Shown piece by piece: positions 37,801 to 52,800 of a DNA stretch of 64,000 nucleotides. Below the pieces are notes generated by a model. It made no database searches and was not told the origin of the DNA. It was given only the letters and a program-made list of their open reading frames with translations. A program made the position numbers and the translations under genes. The stretch is from Eledone cirrhosa (lineage: Eukaryota). The number at the start of each line of letters is the position of its first letter. Positions within the stretch are counted from its first letter, which is position 1. The stretch lies in contig OZ024741.1 of the NCBI GenBank assembly GCA_964016885.1, positions 20,150,001 through 20,214,000 on the forward strand, written 5' to 3'.

Positions 37801-40800
37801 TATCTTAAATCCCTATTACAGTACAGCTCATATTATCTGGCACAGTGTCGCAGTAACATGCATACCTTAAACCCCTATTACAGTCCAGCTCATATTATAT
37901 GGGACAGTGTCGCAGTAACACATATCTTAAACCCCTATTACAGTCCAGCTCATATTATCTGGCATAGTGTCGCAATAACACACATATCTTAAATCCCTAT
38001 TACAGTACAGCTCATATTATCTGGGACAGTGTCGCAGTAACACACATATCTTAAATCCCTATTACAGCACAGCTCATATTATCTGGGACATTGTCGCAGT
38101 AACACATATCTTAAAGCCCTATTACAGTCCAGCTCATATTATCTGGCACAGTGTCGCAATAACACACATATCTTAAATCCCTATTACAGTACAGCTCATA
38201 TTATCTGGGACAGTGTCGCAGTAACACACATATCTTAAATCCCTATTACAGCACAGCTCATATTATCTGGGACAGTGTAGCAGTAACACATATCTTAAAC
38301 CCCTATTACAGTACAGCTCATTATCTGGGACAGTGTCGCTGTAAAACACATATCTTAAATCCCTATTACAGCACAGCTTATATTATCTGGGACAGTGTCG
38401 CAGTAACACATATCTTAAACCCCTATTAGAGTACAGCTCATATTATCTGGGACAGTGTCGCAGTAACACATATCTTAAATCCCTATTACATTACAGCTCA
38501 TATTATCTGGCACAGTGTCGCAGTAACACACATGTCTTAACTCCCTATTACAGTACAGCTCATATTATCTGGAACAGTCTCGCAGTAACACACATATCTT
38601 AAACCCCTATTACAGCACAGCTCATATTATCTGGCACAGTGTCGCAGTAACACACATATCTTAAACCCCTATTACAGTCCAGCTCATATTATCTGGGACA
38701 GCGTCGCAGTAACACACATATCTTAAACCCCTATTACAGGCCAGCTCATATTATCTGGGACAGTGTCGCAGTAACACACATATCTTAAATCCCTATTACT
38801 GTACAGCTCATATTATCTGGGACAGTGTCGCAGTAACACATATCTTAAACCCCTATTACAGTACAACTCATATTATCTGGGACAGTGTCGCAGTAACACA
38901 CATATCTTAAATCTCTGTTACAGTACAGCTCATAATATCTGGGACAGTGTCGCAGTAACACACATATCTTAAATCCCTATTACAATACAGCTCATATTAT
39001 CTGGGACAGTGTCGCAGTAACACATATCTTAAACCCCTATTACAGTACAGCTCATATTATCTGGGACAGTGTCGCAGTAACACACATATCTTAAACCCCT
39101 ATTACAGTACAGCTCATATTATCTGGGACAGTGTCGCAGTAACACATATCTTAAACCCCTATTACAGTACAGCTCATATTATCTGGCACAGTGTCGCAGT
39201 AACACATATCTTAAACGCCTATTACAGTACAGCTCATATTATCTGGCACAGTGTCGCAGTAACACATATCTTAAATCCCTATTACAGTACAGCTCATATT
39301 ATCTGGGACAGTGTCGCAGTAACACATATCTTAAACCCCTATTAAAGTCCAGCTCATATTATCTGGGACAGTGTCGCAGTAACACATATCTTAAACCCCT
39401 ATTACAGTACAGCTCATATTATCAGGGACAGTGTCGCAGTAACACATATCTTAAACCCCTATTACAGTCCAGCTCATATTATCTGGGACAGTATCGCAGT
39501 AACACACATATCTTAAATCCATATTACAGTACAGCTCATATTATCTGGGACAGTGTCGCAGTAACACATATCTTAAACCCCTATTACAGTACAGCTCATA
39601 TTATCTGGCACAGTGTCGCAGTAACACACATATCTTAAATCCCTATTACAGTCCAGCTCATATTATCTGGCACAGTGTCCCAGTAACACACATATCTTAA
39701 ACACCTATTACAGTCCAGCTCATATTATCTGCGACAGTGTCGCAGTAACACATATCTTAAACCCCTATTACAGTCCAGCTCATATTATCTGGCACAGTGT
39801 CGCAATAACACACATATCTTAAATCCCTATTACAGTACAGCTCATATTATCTGGCACAGTGTCGCAGTAACATGCATACCTTACTCCCCTATTACAGTGC
39901 AGCTCATATTATATGGGACAGTGTCGCAGTAACACATATCTTAAACCCCTATTACAGTACAGCTCATAATATCTGGAACAGTGTCACAGTAACACATATC
40001 TTAAACCCTATTACAGTACAGCTCATATTATCTGGGACAGTGTCGCAGTAACACACATATCTTAAACCCCTATTACAGTCCAGCTCATATTATCTGGGAC
40101 AGTGTCGCAGTAACACATATCTTAAACCCCTATTACAGTCCAGCTCATATTATCTGGCACAATGTCGCAATAACACACATATCTTAAATCCCTATTACAG
40201 TACAGCTCATATTATCTGGCACAGTGTCGCAGTAACATGCATACCTTAAACCCCTATTACAGTCCAGCTCATATTATATGGGACAGTGTCGCAGTAACAC
40301 ATATCTTAAACCCCTATTACAGTCCAGCTCATATTATCTGGCATAGTGTCGCAATAACACACATATCTTAAATCCCTATTACAGTACAGCTCATATTATC
40401 TGGGACAGTGTCGCAGTAACACACATATCTTAAATCCCTATTACAGCACAGCTCATATTATCTGGGACATTGTCGCAGTAACACATATCTTAAACCCCTA
40501 TTACAGTCCAGCTCATATTATCTGGCACAGTGTCGCAATAACACACATATCTTAAATCCCTATTACAGTACAGCTCATATTATCTGGGACAGTGTCGCAG
40601 TAACACACATATCTTAAATCCCTATTACAGCACAGCTCATATTATCTGGGACAGTGTAGCAGTAACACATATCTTAAACCCCTATTACAGTACAGCTCAT
40701 TATCTGGGACAGTGTCGCTGTAAAACACATATCTTAAATCCCTATTACAGCACAGCTTATATTATCTGGGACAGTGTGGCAGTAACACATATCTTAAACC

Positions 40801-43800
40801 CCTATTAGAGTACAGCTCATATTATCTGGGACAGTGTCGCAGTAACACATATCTTAAATCCCTATTACATTACAGCTCATATTATCTGGCACAGTGTCGC
40901 AGTAACACACATGTCTTAACTCCCTATTACAGGACAGCTCATATTATCTGGAACAGTCTCGCAGTAACACACATATCTTAAACCCCTATTACAGCACAGC
41001 TCATATTATCTGGCACAGTGTCGCAGTAACACACATATCTTAAACCCCTATTACAGTCCAGCTCATATTATCTGGGACAGCGTCGCAGTAACACACATAT
41101 CTTAAACCCCTATTACAGGCCAGCTCATATTATCTGGGACAGTGGCGCAGTAACACACATATCTTAAATCCCTATTACTGTACAGCTCATATTATCTGGG
41201 ACAGTGTCGCAGTAACACATATCTTAAACCCCTATTACAGTACAACTCATATTATCTGGGACAGTGTCGCAGTAATACACATATCTTAAATCTCTGTTAC
41301 AGTACAGCTCATAATATCTGGGACAGTGTCGCAGTAACACACATATCTTAAATCCCTATTACAATACAGCTCATATTATCTGGGACAGTGTCGCAGTAAC
41401 ACATATCTTAAACCCCTATTACAGTACAGCTCATATTATCTGGGACAGTGTCGCAGTAACACACATATCTTAAACCCCTATTACAGTACAGCTCATATTA
41501 TCTGGGACAGTGTCGCAGTAACACATATCTTAAACCCCTATTACAGTACAGCTCATATTATCTGGCACAGTGTCGCAGTAACACATATCTTAAACGCCTA
41601 TTACAGTACAGCTCATATTATCTGGGACAGTGTCGCAGTAACACATATCTTAAATCCCTATTACAGTACAGCTCATATTATCTGGGACAGTGTCGCAGTA
41701 ACACATATCTTAAACCACTATTACAGTACAGCTCATATTATCAGGCACAGTGTCGCAGTACCACATATCTTAAATCCCTATTACAGTACAGCTCATATTA
41801 TCTGGGACTGTGTCGCAGTAACACATATCTTAAACCACTATTACAGTACAGCTCATATTATCTGGCACAGTGTCGCAGTAACACATATCTTAAATACCTA
41901 TTACAGTACAGCTCATATTATCTGGGACAGTGTCGCAATAACACATATCTTAAACCCCTATTACATTACAGCTCATATTATCTGGGACAGTGTCGCAGTA
42001 ACACACATATCTTAAACCCCTATTACAGTACAGCTCATATTATCTGGGACAGTGTCACAGTAACACACATATCTTAAACACCTATTACAGCACAGCTCAT
42101 ATTATCTGGAACAGTGTCGCAATAACACATATCTTAAATCCCTACTACAGTACAGCTCATATTATCTGGGACAGTGTCGCAGTAACACACATATCTTAAA
42201 TCCCAGTTACAGCACAGCTCATATTATGTGGCACAGTTTCGCAGTAACACACATATCTTAAACACATATTACAGTACAGCTCATATTATCTGGGAGAGTG
42301 TCGCAGTAACACATATCTTAAATCCCTATTACAGTACAGCTCATATTATCTGGGACAGTGTCGCAGTAACACACATATCTTAAATCCCTATTACAGCACA
42401 GTTCATATTATCTGGGACAGTGTCGCAGTAACACACATATCTTAAACCCCTATTACAGTACAGCTCATATTATCTGGGACAGTGTCGCAGTAACACATAT
42501 CTTAAACCCCTATTACAGTACAGCTCATATTATCTGGGACAGTGTCGCAGTAACACACATATCTTAAACCCTTATTAGAGCACAGCTCATATTATCTGGG
42601 ACAGTGTCGCAGTAACACATATCTTAAACCCCTATTACAGTCCAGCTCATATTATCTGGGACAGTGTCGCAGTAACACATATCTTAAATCCCTATTACAG
42701 TACAGCTCATATTATCTGGGACAGTGTCGCAGTAACACACATATCTTAAACCCTTATTAGAGCACAGCTCATATTATCTGGGACAGTGTCGCAGTAACAC
42801 ATATCTTAAATCCCTATTACAGTACAGCTCATATTATCTGGGTCAGTGTCGCAGTGACACATATCTTAAATCCCTATTACAGTACAGCTCATATTATCTG
42901 GGACAGTGTTTCAGTAACACACATATCTTAAATCCCTATTACAGAACAGTTCATATTATCTGGGACAGTGTCGCAGTAACACACATATCTTAAACCCCTA
43001 TTACAGTACAGCTCATATTATCTGGGACAGTGTCGCAGTAACACACATATCTTAAATCCCTATTACAATACAGCTCATATTATCTGGGACAGTGTCGCAG
43101 TAACACATATCTTAAACCCCTATTACAATCCAGCTCATATTATCTGGGACAGTGTCGCAATAACACATATCTTAAACCCCTATTACAATCCAGCTCATAT
43201 TATCTGGCACAGTGTCGCAGTAACACATATCTCAAATCCCTATTACAGTACAGTTCATATTATCTGGGACATTGTCGCAGTAACACACATATCTTAAATC
43301 CCTATTACAGTACAGCTCATATTATCTGGGACAGTGTCGCAATAACACACATATCTTAAATCCCTATTACAGTCCAGCTCATATTATCTGGGACAGAGTC
43401 GCAATAATACACATATCTTAAACCCCTATTACAGTCCAGCTCATAATATCTGGGACATTGTCGCAGTAACACACATATCTTAAATCCCTATTACAGTACA
43501 GTTCATATTATCTGGAACATTGTCGCAGTAACACACATATCTTAAATCCCTATTACAGTAGAGCTCATATTATCTGGGACAGTGTCGCAATAACACACAT
43601 ATCTTAAATCCCTATTACAGTACAGCTCATATTATCTGGGACAGAGTCGCAATAACACACATATCTTAAACCCCTATTACAGTCCAGCTCATAATATCTG
43701 GGACATTGTCGCAGTAACACACATATCTTAAACCCCTATTACAGTACAGCTCATATTATCTGGCACAGTGTCGCAGTAACACATATCTTAAATCCCTATT

Positions 43801-46800
43801 ACAGTACAGCTCATATTATCTGGGACAGTGTCGCAGTAACACACATATCTTAAATCCTAAATTAGAGCACAGCTCATATTATCTGGGCCAGTGTCGCAGT
43901 AACACATATCTTAAACCCCTATTACAGTCCAGCTCATATTATCTGGGACAGTGTCGCAATAACACATATCTTAAACCCCTATTACATTACAGCTCATATT
44001 ATCTGGTACAGTGTCGCAGTAACACACATATCTTAAACCCCTATTACAGTACAGCTCATATTATCTGGGACAGTGTCGCAGTAACACATATCTTAAATCC
44101 CTATTACAGTACAGCTCATATTATCTGGGACAGTGTCGCAGTAACACACATATCTTAAACACCTATTACAGTACAGCTCATATTATCTGGGACAGTGTCG
44201 CAGTAACACACATATCTTAAACCCCTATTACAGTACAGCTCATATTATCTGGTACGGTGTCGCAGTAACACATATCTTAAACCCCTATTACAGTACAGCT
44301 CATATTATCTGGGACAGTGTCGCAGTAACACACATATCTTAAACCCTAAATTAGAGCACAGCTCATATTATCTGGGACAGTGTCGCAGTAACACATATCT
44401 TAAACCCCTATTACAGTCCAGCTCATATTATCTGGGACAGTGTCGCAATAACACATATCTTAAACCCCTATTACAGTCCAGCTCATATTATCTAGCACAG
44501 TGTCGCAGTAACACATATCTTAAATCCCTATTACAGTACAGCTCATATTATCTGGGACAGTGTCGCAGTAAAACACATATCTTAAATCCCTATTACAGTA
44601 CAGCTCATATTATCTGGGACAGTGTCGCAATAACAAACATAGCTTAAATCCCTATTACAGTCCAGCTCATTTTATCTGGGACAGAGTCGCAATAACACAT
44701 ATCTTAAATCCCTATTACAGTACAGCTCATATTATCTGGGACAGTGTCGCAGTAACACACATATCTTAAATCCCTATTACAGTCCAGCTCATATTATCTG
44801 GGACAGAGTCACAATAACACACATATCTTAAACCCCTATTACAGTCCAGCTCATATTATCTGGGACAGAGTCGCAATAACACACATATCTTAAACCCCTA
44901 TTACAGTCCAGCTCATAATATCTGGGACATTGTCGCAGTAACACACATATCTTAAATCCCTATTACAGTACAGCTCATATTATCTGGCACAGTGTCGCAG
45001 TAACACACATATCTTAAACCCCTATTACAGTACAGCTCATATTATCTGGCACAGTGTCGCAGTAACACATATCTTAAATCCCTATTACAGTACAGCTCAT
45101 ATTATCTGGGACAGTGTCGCAGTAACACACATATCTTAAATCCTAAATGAGAGCACAGCTCATATTATCTGGGACAGTGTCGCAGTAACACATATCTTAA
45201 ACCCCTATTACAGTCCAGCTCATATTATCTGGGACAGTGTCGCAATAACACACATATCTTAAATCCCTATTACAGTCCAGCTCATATTATCTGGGACAGT
45301 GTCGCAATAACACACATATCTTAAATCCCTATTACAGTCCAGCTCATATTATCTGGGACAGAGTCGCAATAACACACATATCTTAAACCCCTATTACAGT
45401 CCAGCTCATAATATCTGGGACATTGTCGCAGTAACACACATATCTTAAATCCCTATTACAGTACAGCTCATATTATCTGGCAAAGTGTCGCAGTAACACA
45501 CATATCTTAAACCCCTATTACAGTACAGCTCATATTATCTGGCACAGTGTCGCAGTAACACATATCTTAAATCCCTATTACAGTACAGCTCATATTATCT
45601 GGGACAGTGTCGCAGTAACACACATATCTTAAATCCTAAGTTAGAGCACAGCTCATATTATCTGGGACAGTGTCGCAGTAACACATATCTTAAACCCCTA
45701 TTACAGTCCAGCTCATATTATCTGGGACAGTGTCGCAATAACACATATCTTAAACCCCTATTACTTTACAGCTCATATTATCTGGGACAGTGTCGCAGTA
45801 ACACACATATCTTAAACCCCTATTACAGTACAGCTCATATTATCTGGGACAGTGTCGCAGTAACACATATCTTAAATCCCTATTACAGTACAGCTCATAT
45901 TATCTGGGACAGTGTCGCAGTAACACACATATCTTAAACACCTATTACAGCACGGCTCATATTATCTGGAACAGTGTCGCAATAACACATATCTTAAATC
46001 CCTATTACAGTACAGCTCATATTATCTGGGACAGTGTCGCAGTAACACACATATCTTAAATCCCAGTTACAGCACAGCTCATATTATGTGGCACAGTTTC
46101 GCAGTAACACACATATCTTAAACACATATTACAGTACAGCTCATATTATCTGGGACAGTGTCGCAGTAACACATATCTTGAATCCCTATTACAGTACAGC
46201 TCATATTATCTGGGATAGTGTCGCAGTAACACACATATCTTAAATCCCTATTACAGCACAGTTCATATTATCTGGGACAGTGTCGCAGTAACACACATAT
46301 CTTAAACCCCTATTACAGTACAGCTCATATTATCTGGGACAGTGTCGCAGTAACACATATCTTAAACCACTATTACAGTACAGCTCATATTATCTGGGAC
46401 AGTGTCGCAGTAACACACATATCTTAAACCCTAAATTAGAGCACAGCTCATATTATCTGGGACAGTGTCGCAGTAACACATATCTTAAACCCCTATTACA
46501 GTCCAGCTCATATTATCTGGGACAGTGTCGCAATAACACATATCTTAAACCCCTATTACAGTCCAGCTCATATTATCTAGCACAGTGTCGCAGTAACACA
46601 TATCTTAAATCCCTATTACAGTACAGTTCATATTATCTGGGACAGTGTCGCAGTAACACACATATCTTAAATCCCTATTACAGTACAGCTCATATTATCT
46701 GGGACAGTGTCGCAATAACAAACATAGCTCAAATCCCTATTACAGTCCAGCTCATATTATCTGGGACAGTGTCGCAATAACACATATCTTAAATCCCTAT

Positions 46801-49800
46801 TACAGTACAGCTCATATTATCTGGGACAGTGTCGCAGTAACACACATATCTTAAATCCCTATTGCAGTCCAGCTCATATTATCTGGGACAGAGTCACAAT
46901 AACACACATATCTTAAACCCCTATTACAGTCCAGCTCATATTATCTGGGACAGAGTCGCAATAACACACATATCATAAACCCCTATTACAGTCCAGCTCA
47001 TAATATCTGGGACATTGTCGCAGTAACACACATATCTTAAATCCCTATTACAGTACAGCTCATATTATCTGGCACAGTGTCGCAGTAACACACATATCTT
47101 AAACCCCTATTACAGTACAGCTCATATTATCTGGCACAATGTCGCAGTAACACATATCTTAAATCCCTATTACAGTACAGCTCATATTATCTGGGACAGT
47201 GTCGCAGTAACACACATATTTTAAATCCTAAATTAGAGCACAGCTCATATTATCTGCGACAGTGTCGCAGTAACACATATCTTAAACCCCTATTACAGTC
47301 CAGCTCATATTACCTGGGACAGTGTCGCAATAACACATACCTTAAACCCCTATTACATTACAGCTCATATTATCTGGGACAGTGTCGCAGTAACACACAT
47401 ATCTTAAACCCCTATTACAGGACAGCTCATATTATCTGGGACAGTGTCGCAGTAACACATATCTTAAATCCCTATTACAGTACAGCTCATATTATCTGGG
47501 ACAGTGTCGCAGTAACACACATATCTTAAATCCCAGTTACAGCACAGCTCATATTATGTGGCACAGTTTCGCAGTAACACACATATCTTAAACACATATT
47601 ACAGTACAGCTCATATTATCTGGGACAGTGTCGCAGTAACACATATCTTAAATCCCTATTACAGTACAGCTCATATTATCTGGGACAGTGTCGCAGTAAC
47701 ACACATATCTTAAATCCCTATTACAGCACAGTTCATATTATCTGGGACAGTGTCGCAGTAACACACATATCTTAAACCCCTATTACAGTACAGCTCATAT
47801 TATCTGGGACAGTGTCGCAGTAACACATATCTTAAACCCCTATTACAGTACAGCTCATATTATCTGGGACAGTGTCGCAGTAACACACATATCTTAAACC
47901 CTAAATTAGAGCACAGCTCATATTATCTGGGACAGTGTCGCAGTAACACATATCTTAAACCCCTATTACAGTCCAGCTCATATTATCTGGGACAGTGTCG
48001 CAATAACACATATCTTAAACCCCTATTACAGTCCAGCTCCTATTATCTAGCACAGTGTCGCAGTAACACATATCTTAAATCCCTGTTACAGTACAGTTCA
48101 TATTATCTGGGACAGTGTCGCAGTAAAACACATATCTTAAATCCCTATTACAGTACAGCTCATATTATCTGGGACAGTGTCGCAATAACAAACATAGCTT
48201 AAATCCCTATTACGGTCCAGCTCATTTTATCTGGGACAGTGTCGCAATAACACATATCTTAAATCCCTATTACAGTACAGCTCATATTATCTGGGACAGT
48301 GTCGCAGTAACACACATATCTTAAATCCCTATTACAGTCCAGCTCATATTATCTGGGACAGAGTCACAATAACACACATATCTTAAACCCCTATTACAGT
48401 CCAGCTCATATTATCTGGGACAGAGTCGCAATAACACACATATCTTAAACCCCTATTACAGTCCAGCTCATAATATCTGGGACATTGTCGCAGTAACACA
48501 CATATCTTAAATCCCTATTACAGTACAGCTCATATTATCTGGCACAGTGTCGCAGTAACACACATATCTTAAACCCCTATTACAGTACAGCTCATATTAT
48601 CTGCCACAGTGTCGCAGTAACACATATCTTAAATCCCTATTACAGTACAGCTCATATTATCTGGGACAGTGTCGCAGTAACACACATATCTTAAATCCTA
48701 AATGAGAGCACAGCTCATATTATCTGGGACAGTGTCGCAGTAACAGATATCTTAAACCCCTATTACAGTCCAGCTCATATTACCTGGGACAGTGTCGCAA
48801 TAACACATATCTTAAACCCCTATTACATTACAGCTCATATTATCTGGGACAGTGTCGCTGTAACACACATATCTTAAACCCCTATTACAGTACAGCTCAT
48901 ATTATCTGGGACAGTGTCGCAGTAACACATATCTTAAATCCCTATTACAGTACAGCTCATATTATCTGGGACAGTGTCGCAGTAACACACATATCTTAAA
49001 TCCCAGTTACAGCACAGCTCATATTATGTGGAACATTGTCGCAATAACACACATATCTTAAACCCCTATTACAGTACAGCTCAGATTATCTGGGACAGTG
49101 TCGCAGTAACACATATCTTAAACCCCTATTACAGTACAGCTCATATTATCTGGGACAGTGTCGCAGTAACACACATATCTTAAACCCTAAATTAGAGCAC
49201 AGCTCATATTATCTGGGACATTGTCGCAGTAACACATATCTTAAACCCCTATTACAGTCCAGCTCATATTATCTGGGACAGTGTCGCAATAACACATATC
49301 TTAAACCCCTATTACAGTCCAGCTCCTATTATCTAGCACAGTGTCGCAGTAACACATATCTTAAATCCCTATTACAGTACAGTTCATATTATCTGGGACA
49401 GTGTCGCAGTAAAACACATATCTTAAATCCCTATTACAGTACAGCTCATATTATCTGGGACAGTGTCGCAGTAACACACATATCTTAAATCCTAAATGAG
49501 AGCACAGCTCATATTTACTGGGACAGTGTCGCAGTAACACATATCTTAAACCCCTATTACAGTCCAGCTCATATTATCTGGGACAGTGTCGCAATAACAC
49601 ACATATCTTAAATCCCTATTACAGTCCAGCTCATATTATCTGGGACAGTGTCGCAATAACACACATATCTTAAATCCCTATTACAGTCCAGCTCATATTA
49701 TCTGGGACAGAGTCGCAATAACACACATATCTTAAACCCCTATTACAGTCCAGCTCATAATATCTGGGACATTGTCGCAGTAACACACATATCTTAAATC

Positions 49801-52800
49801 CCTATTACAGTACAGCTCATATTATCTGGCACAGTGTCGCAGTAACACACATATCTTAAACCCCTATTACAGTACAGCTCATATTATCTGGCACAGTGTC
49901 GCAGTAACACATATCTTAAATCCCTATTACAGTACAGCTCATATTATCTGGGACAGTGTCGCAGTAACACACATATCTTAAATCCTAAGTTAGAGCACAG
50001 CTCATATTATCTGGGACAGTGTCGCAGTAACACATATCTTAAACCCCTATTACAGTCCAGCTCATATTATCTGGTACAGTGTCGCAATAACACATATCTT
50101 AAACCCCTATTACTTTACAGCTCATATTATCTGGGACAGTGTCGCAGTAACACACATATCTTAAACCCCTATTACAGTACAGCTCATATTATCTGGGACA
50201 GTGTCGCAGTAACACATATCTTAAATCCCTATTACAGTACAGCTCATATTATCTGGGACAGTGTCGCAGTAACACACATATCTTAAACACATATTACAGC
50301 ACGGCTCATATTATCTGGAACAGTGTCGCAATAACACATATCTTAAATCCCTATTACAGTACAGCTCATATTATCTGGGACAGTGTCGCAGTAACACACA
50401 TATCTTAAATCCCAGTTACAGCACAGCTCATATTATGTGGCACAGTTTCGCAGTAACACACATATCTTAAACACATATTACAGTACAGCTCATATTATCT
50501 GGGACAGTGTCGCAGTAACACATATCTTGAATCCCTATTACAGTACAGCTCATATTATCTGGGACAATGTCGCAGTAACACACATATATTAAATCCCTAT
50601 TACAGCACAGTTCATATTATCTGGGACAGTGTCGCAGTAACACACATATCTTAAACCCCTATTACAGTACAGCTCATATTATCTGGGACAGTGTCGCAGT
50701 AACACATATCTTAAACCCCTATTACAGTACAGCTCATATTATCTGGGACAGTGTCGCAGTAACACACATATCTTAAACCCTAAATTAGAGCACAGCTCAT
50801 ATTATCTGGGACAGTGTCGCAGTAACACATATATTAAACCCCTATTACAGTCCAGCTCATATTATCTGGGACAGTGTCGCAATAACACATATCTTAAACC
50901 CCTATTACAGTCCAGCTCATATTATCTAGCACAGTGTCGCAGTAACACATATCTTAAATCCCTATTACAGTACAGTTCATATTATCTGGGACAGTGTCGC
51001 AGTAACACACATATCTTAAATCCCTATTACAGTACAGCTCATATTATCTGGGACAGTGTCGCAATAACAAACATAGCTTAAATCCCTATTACAGTCCAGC
51101 TCATATTATCTGGGACAGTGTCGCAATAACACATATCTTAAATCCCTATTACAGTACAGCTCATATTATCTGGGACAGTGTCGCAGTAACACACATATCT
51201 TAAATCCCTATTACAGTCCAGCTCATATTATCTGGGACAGAGTCGCAATAACACACATATCATAAACCCCTATTACAGTCCAGCTCATAATATCTGGGAC
51301 ATTGTCGCAGTAACACACATATCTTAAATCTCTATTACAGTACAGCTCATATTATCTGGCACAGTGTCGCAGTAACACACATATCTTAAACCCCTATTAC
51401 AGTACAGCTCATATTATCTGGGACAGTGTCGCAGTAACACATATCTTAAATCCCTATTACAGTACAGCTCATATTATCTGGGACAGTGTCGCAGTAACAC
51501 ACATATCTTAAATCCCAGTTACAGCACAGCTCATATTATGTGGCACAGTTTCGCAGTAACACACATATCTTAAACACATATTACAGTACAGCTCATATTA
51601 TCTGGGACAGTGTCGCAGTAACACACATATCTAAAATCCCAGTTACAGCACAGCTCATATTATGTGGCACAGTTTCGCAGTAACACACATATCTTAAACA
51701 CATATTACAGTACAGCTCATATTATCTGGGACAGTGTCGCAGTAACACATATCTTAAATCCCTATTACAGTACAGCTCATATTATCTGGGACAGTGTCGC
51801 AGTAACACACATATCTTAAATCCCTATTACAGCACAGTTCATATTATCTGGGACAGTGTCGCAGTAACACACATATCTTAAACCCCTATTACAGTACAGC
51901 TCATATTATCTGGGACAGTGTCGCAGTAACACATATCTTAAACCCCTATTACAGTACAGCTCATATTATCTGGAACAGTGTCGCAGTAACACACATATCT
52001 TAAACCCTAAATTAGAGCACAGCTCATATTATCTGGGACAGTGTCGCAGTAACACATATCTTGAACCCCTATTACAGTCCAGCTCATATTATCTGGGACA
52101 GTGTCGCAATAACACATATCTTAAACCCCTATTACAGTCCAGCTCATATTATCTAGCACGGTGTCGCAGTAACACATATCTTAAATCCCTATTACAGTAC
52201 AGTTCATATTATCTGGGACAGTGTCGCAGTAACACTCATATCTTAAATCCCTATTACAGTACAGCTCATATTATCTGGCACAGTGTCGCAGTAACACACA
52301 TATCTTAAACCCCTATTACAGTCCAGCTCATATTATCTGGGACAGTGTCGCAGTAACACACATATCTTAAATCCTAAGTGAGAGCACAGCTCATATTATC
52401 TGGGACAGTGTCGCAGTAACACATATCTTAAACCCCTATTACAGTCCAGCTCATATTATCTGGGACAGTGTCGCAATAACACATATCTTAAACCCCTATT
52501 ACTTTACAGCTTATATTATCTGGGACAGTGTCGCAGTAACACACATATCTTAAACCCCTATTACAGTCCAGCTCATATTATCTGGGACAGTGTCGCAGTA
52601 ACACATATCTTAAATCCCTATTACAGTACAGCTCATATTATCTGGGACGGTGTCGCAGTAACACACATATCTTAAACACCTATTACAGCACGGCTCATAT
52701 TATCTGGAACAGTGTCGCAATAACACATATCTTAAATCCCTATTACACTACAGCTCATATTATCTGGGACAGTGTCGCAGTAACACACATATCTTAAATC

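Noticed and set aside
44341-44352. Telomere-like CCCTAAA in some monomers
   Set aside because: Single isolated occurrences within variant monomers; no tandem telomeric tract
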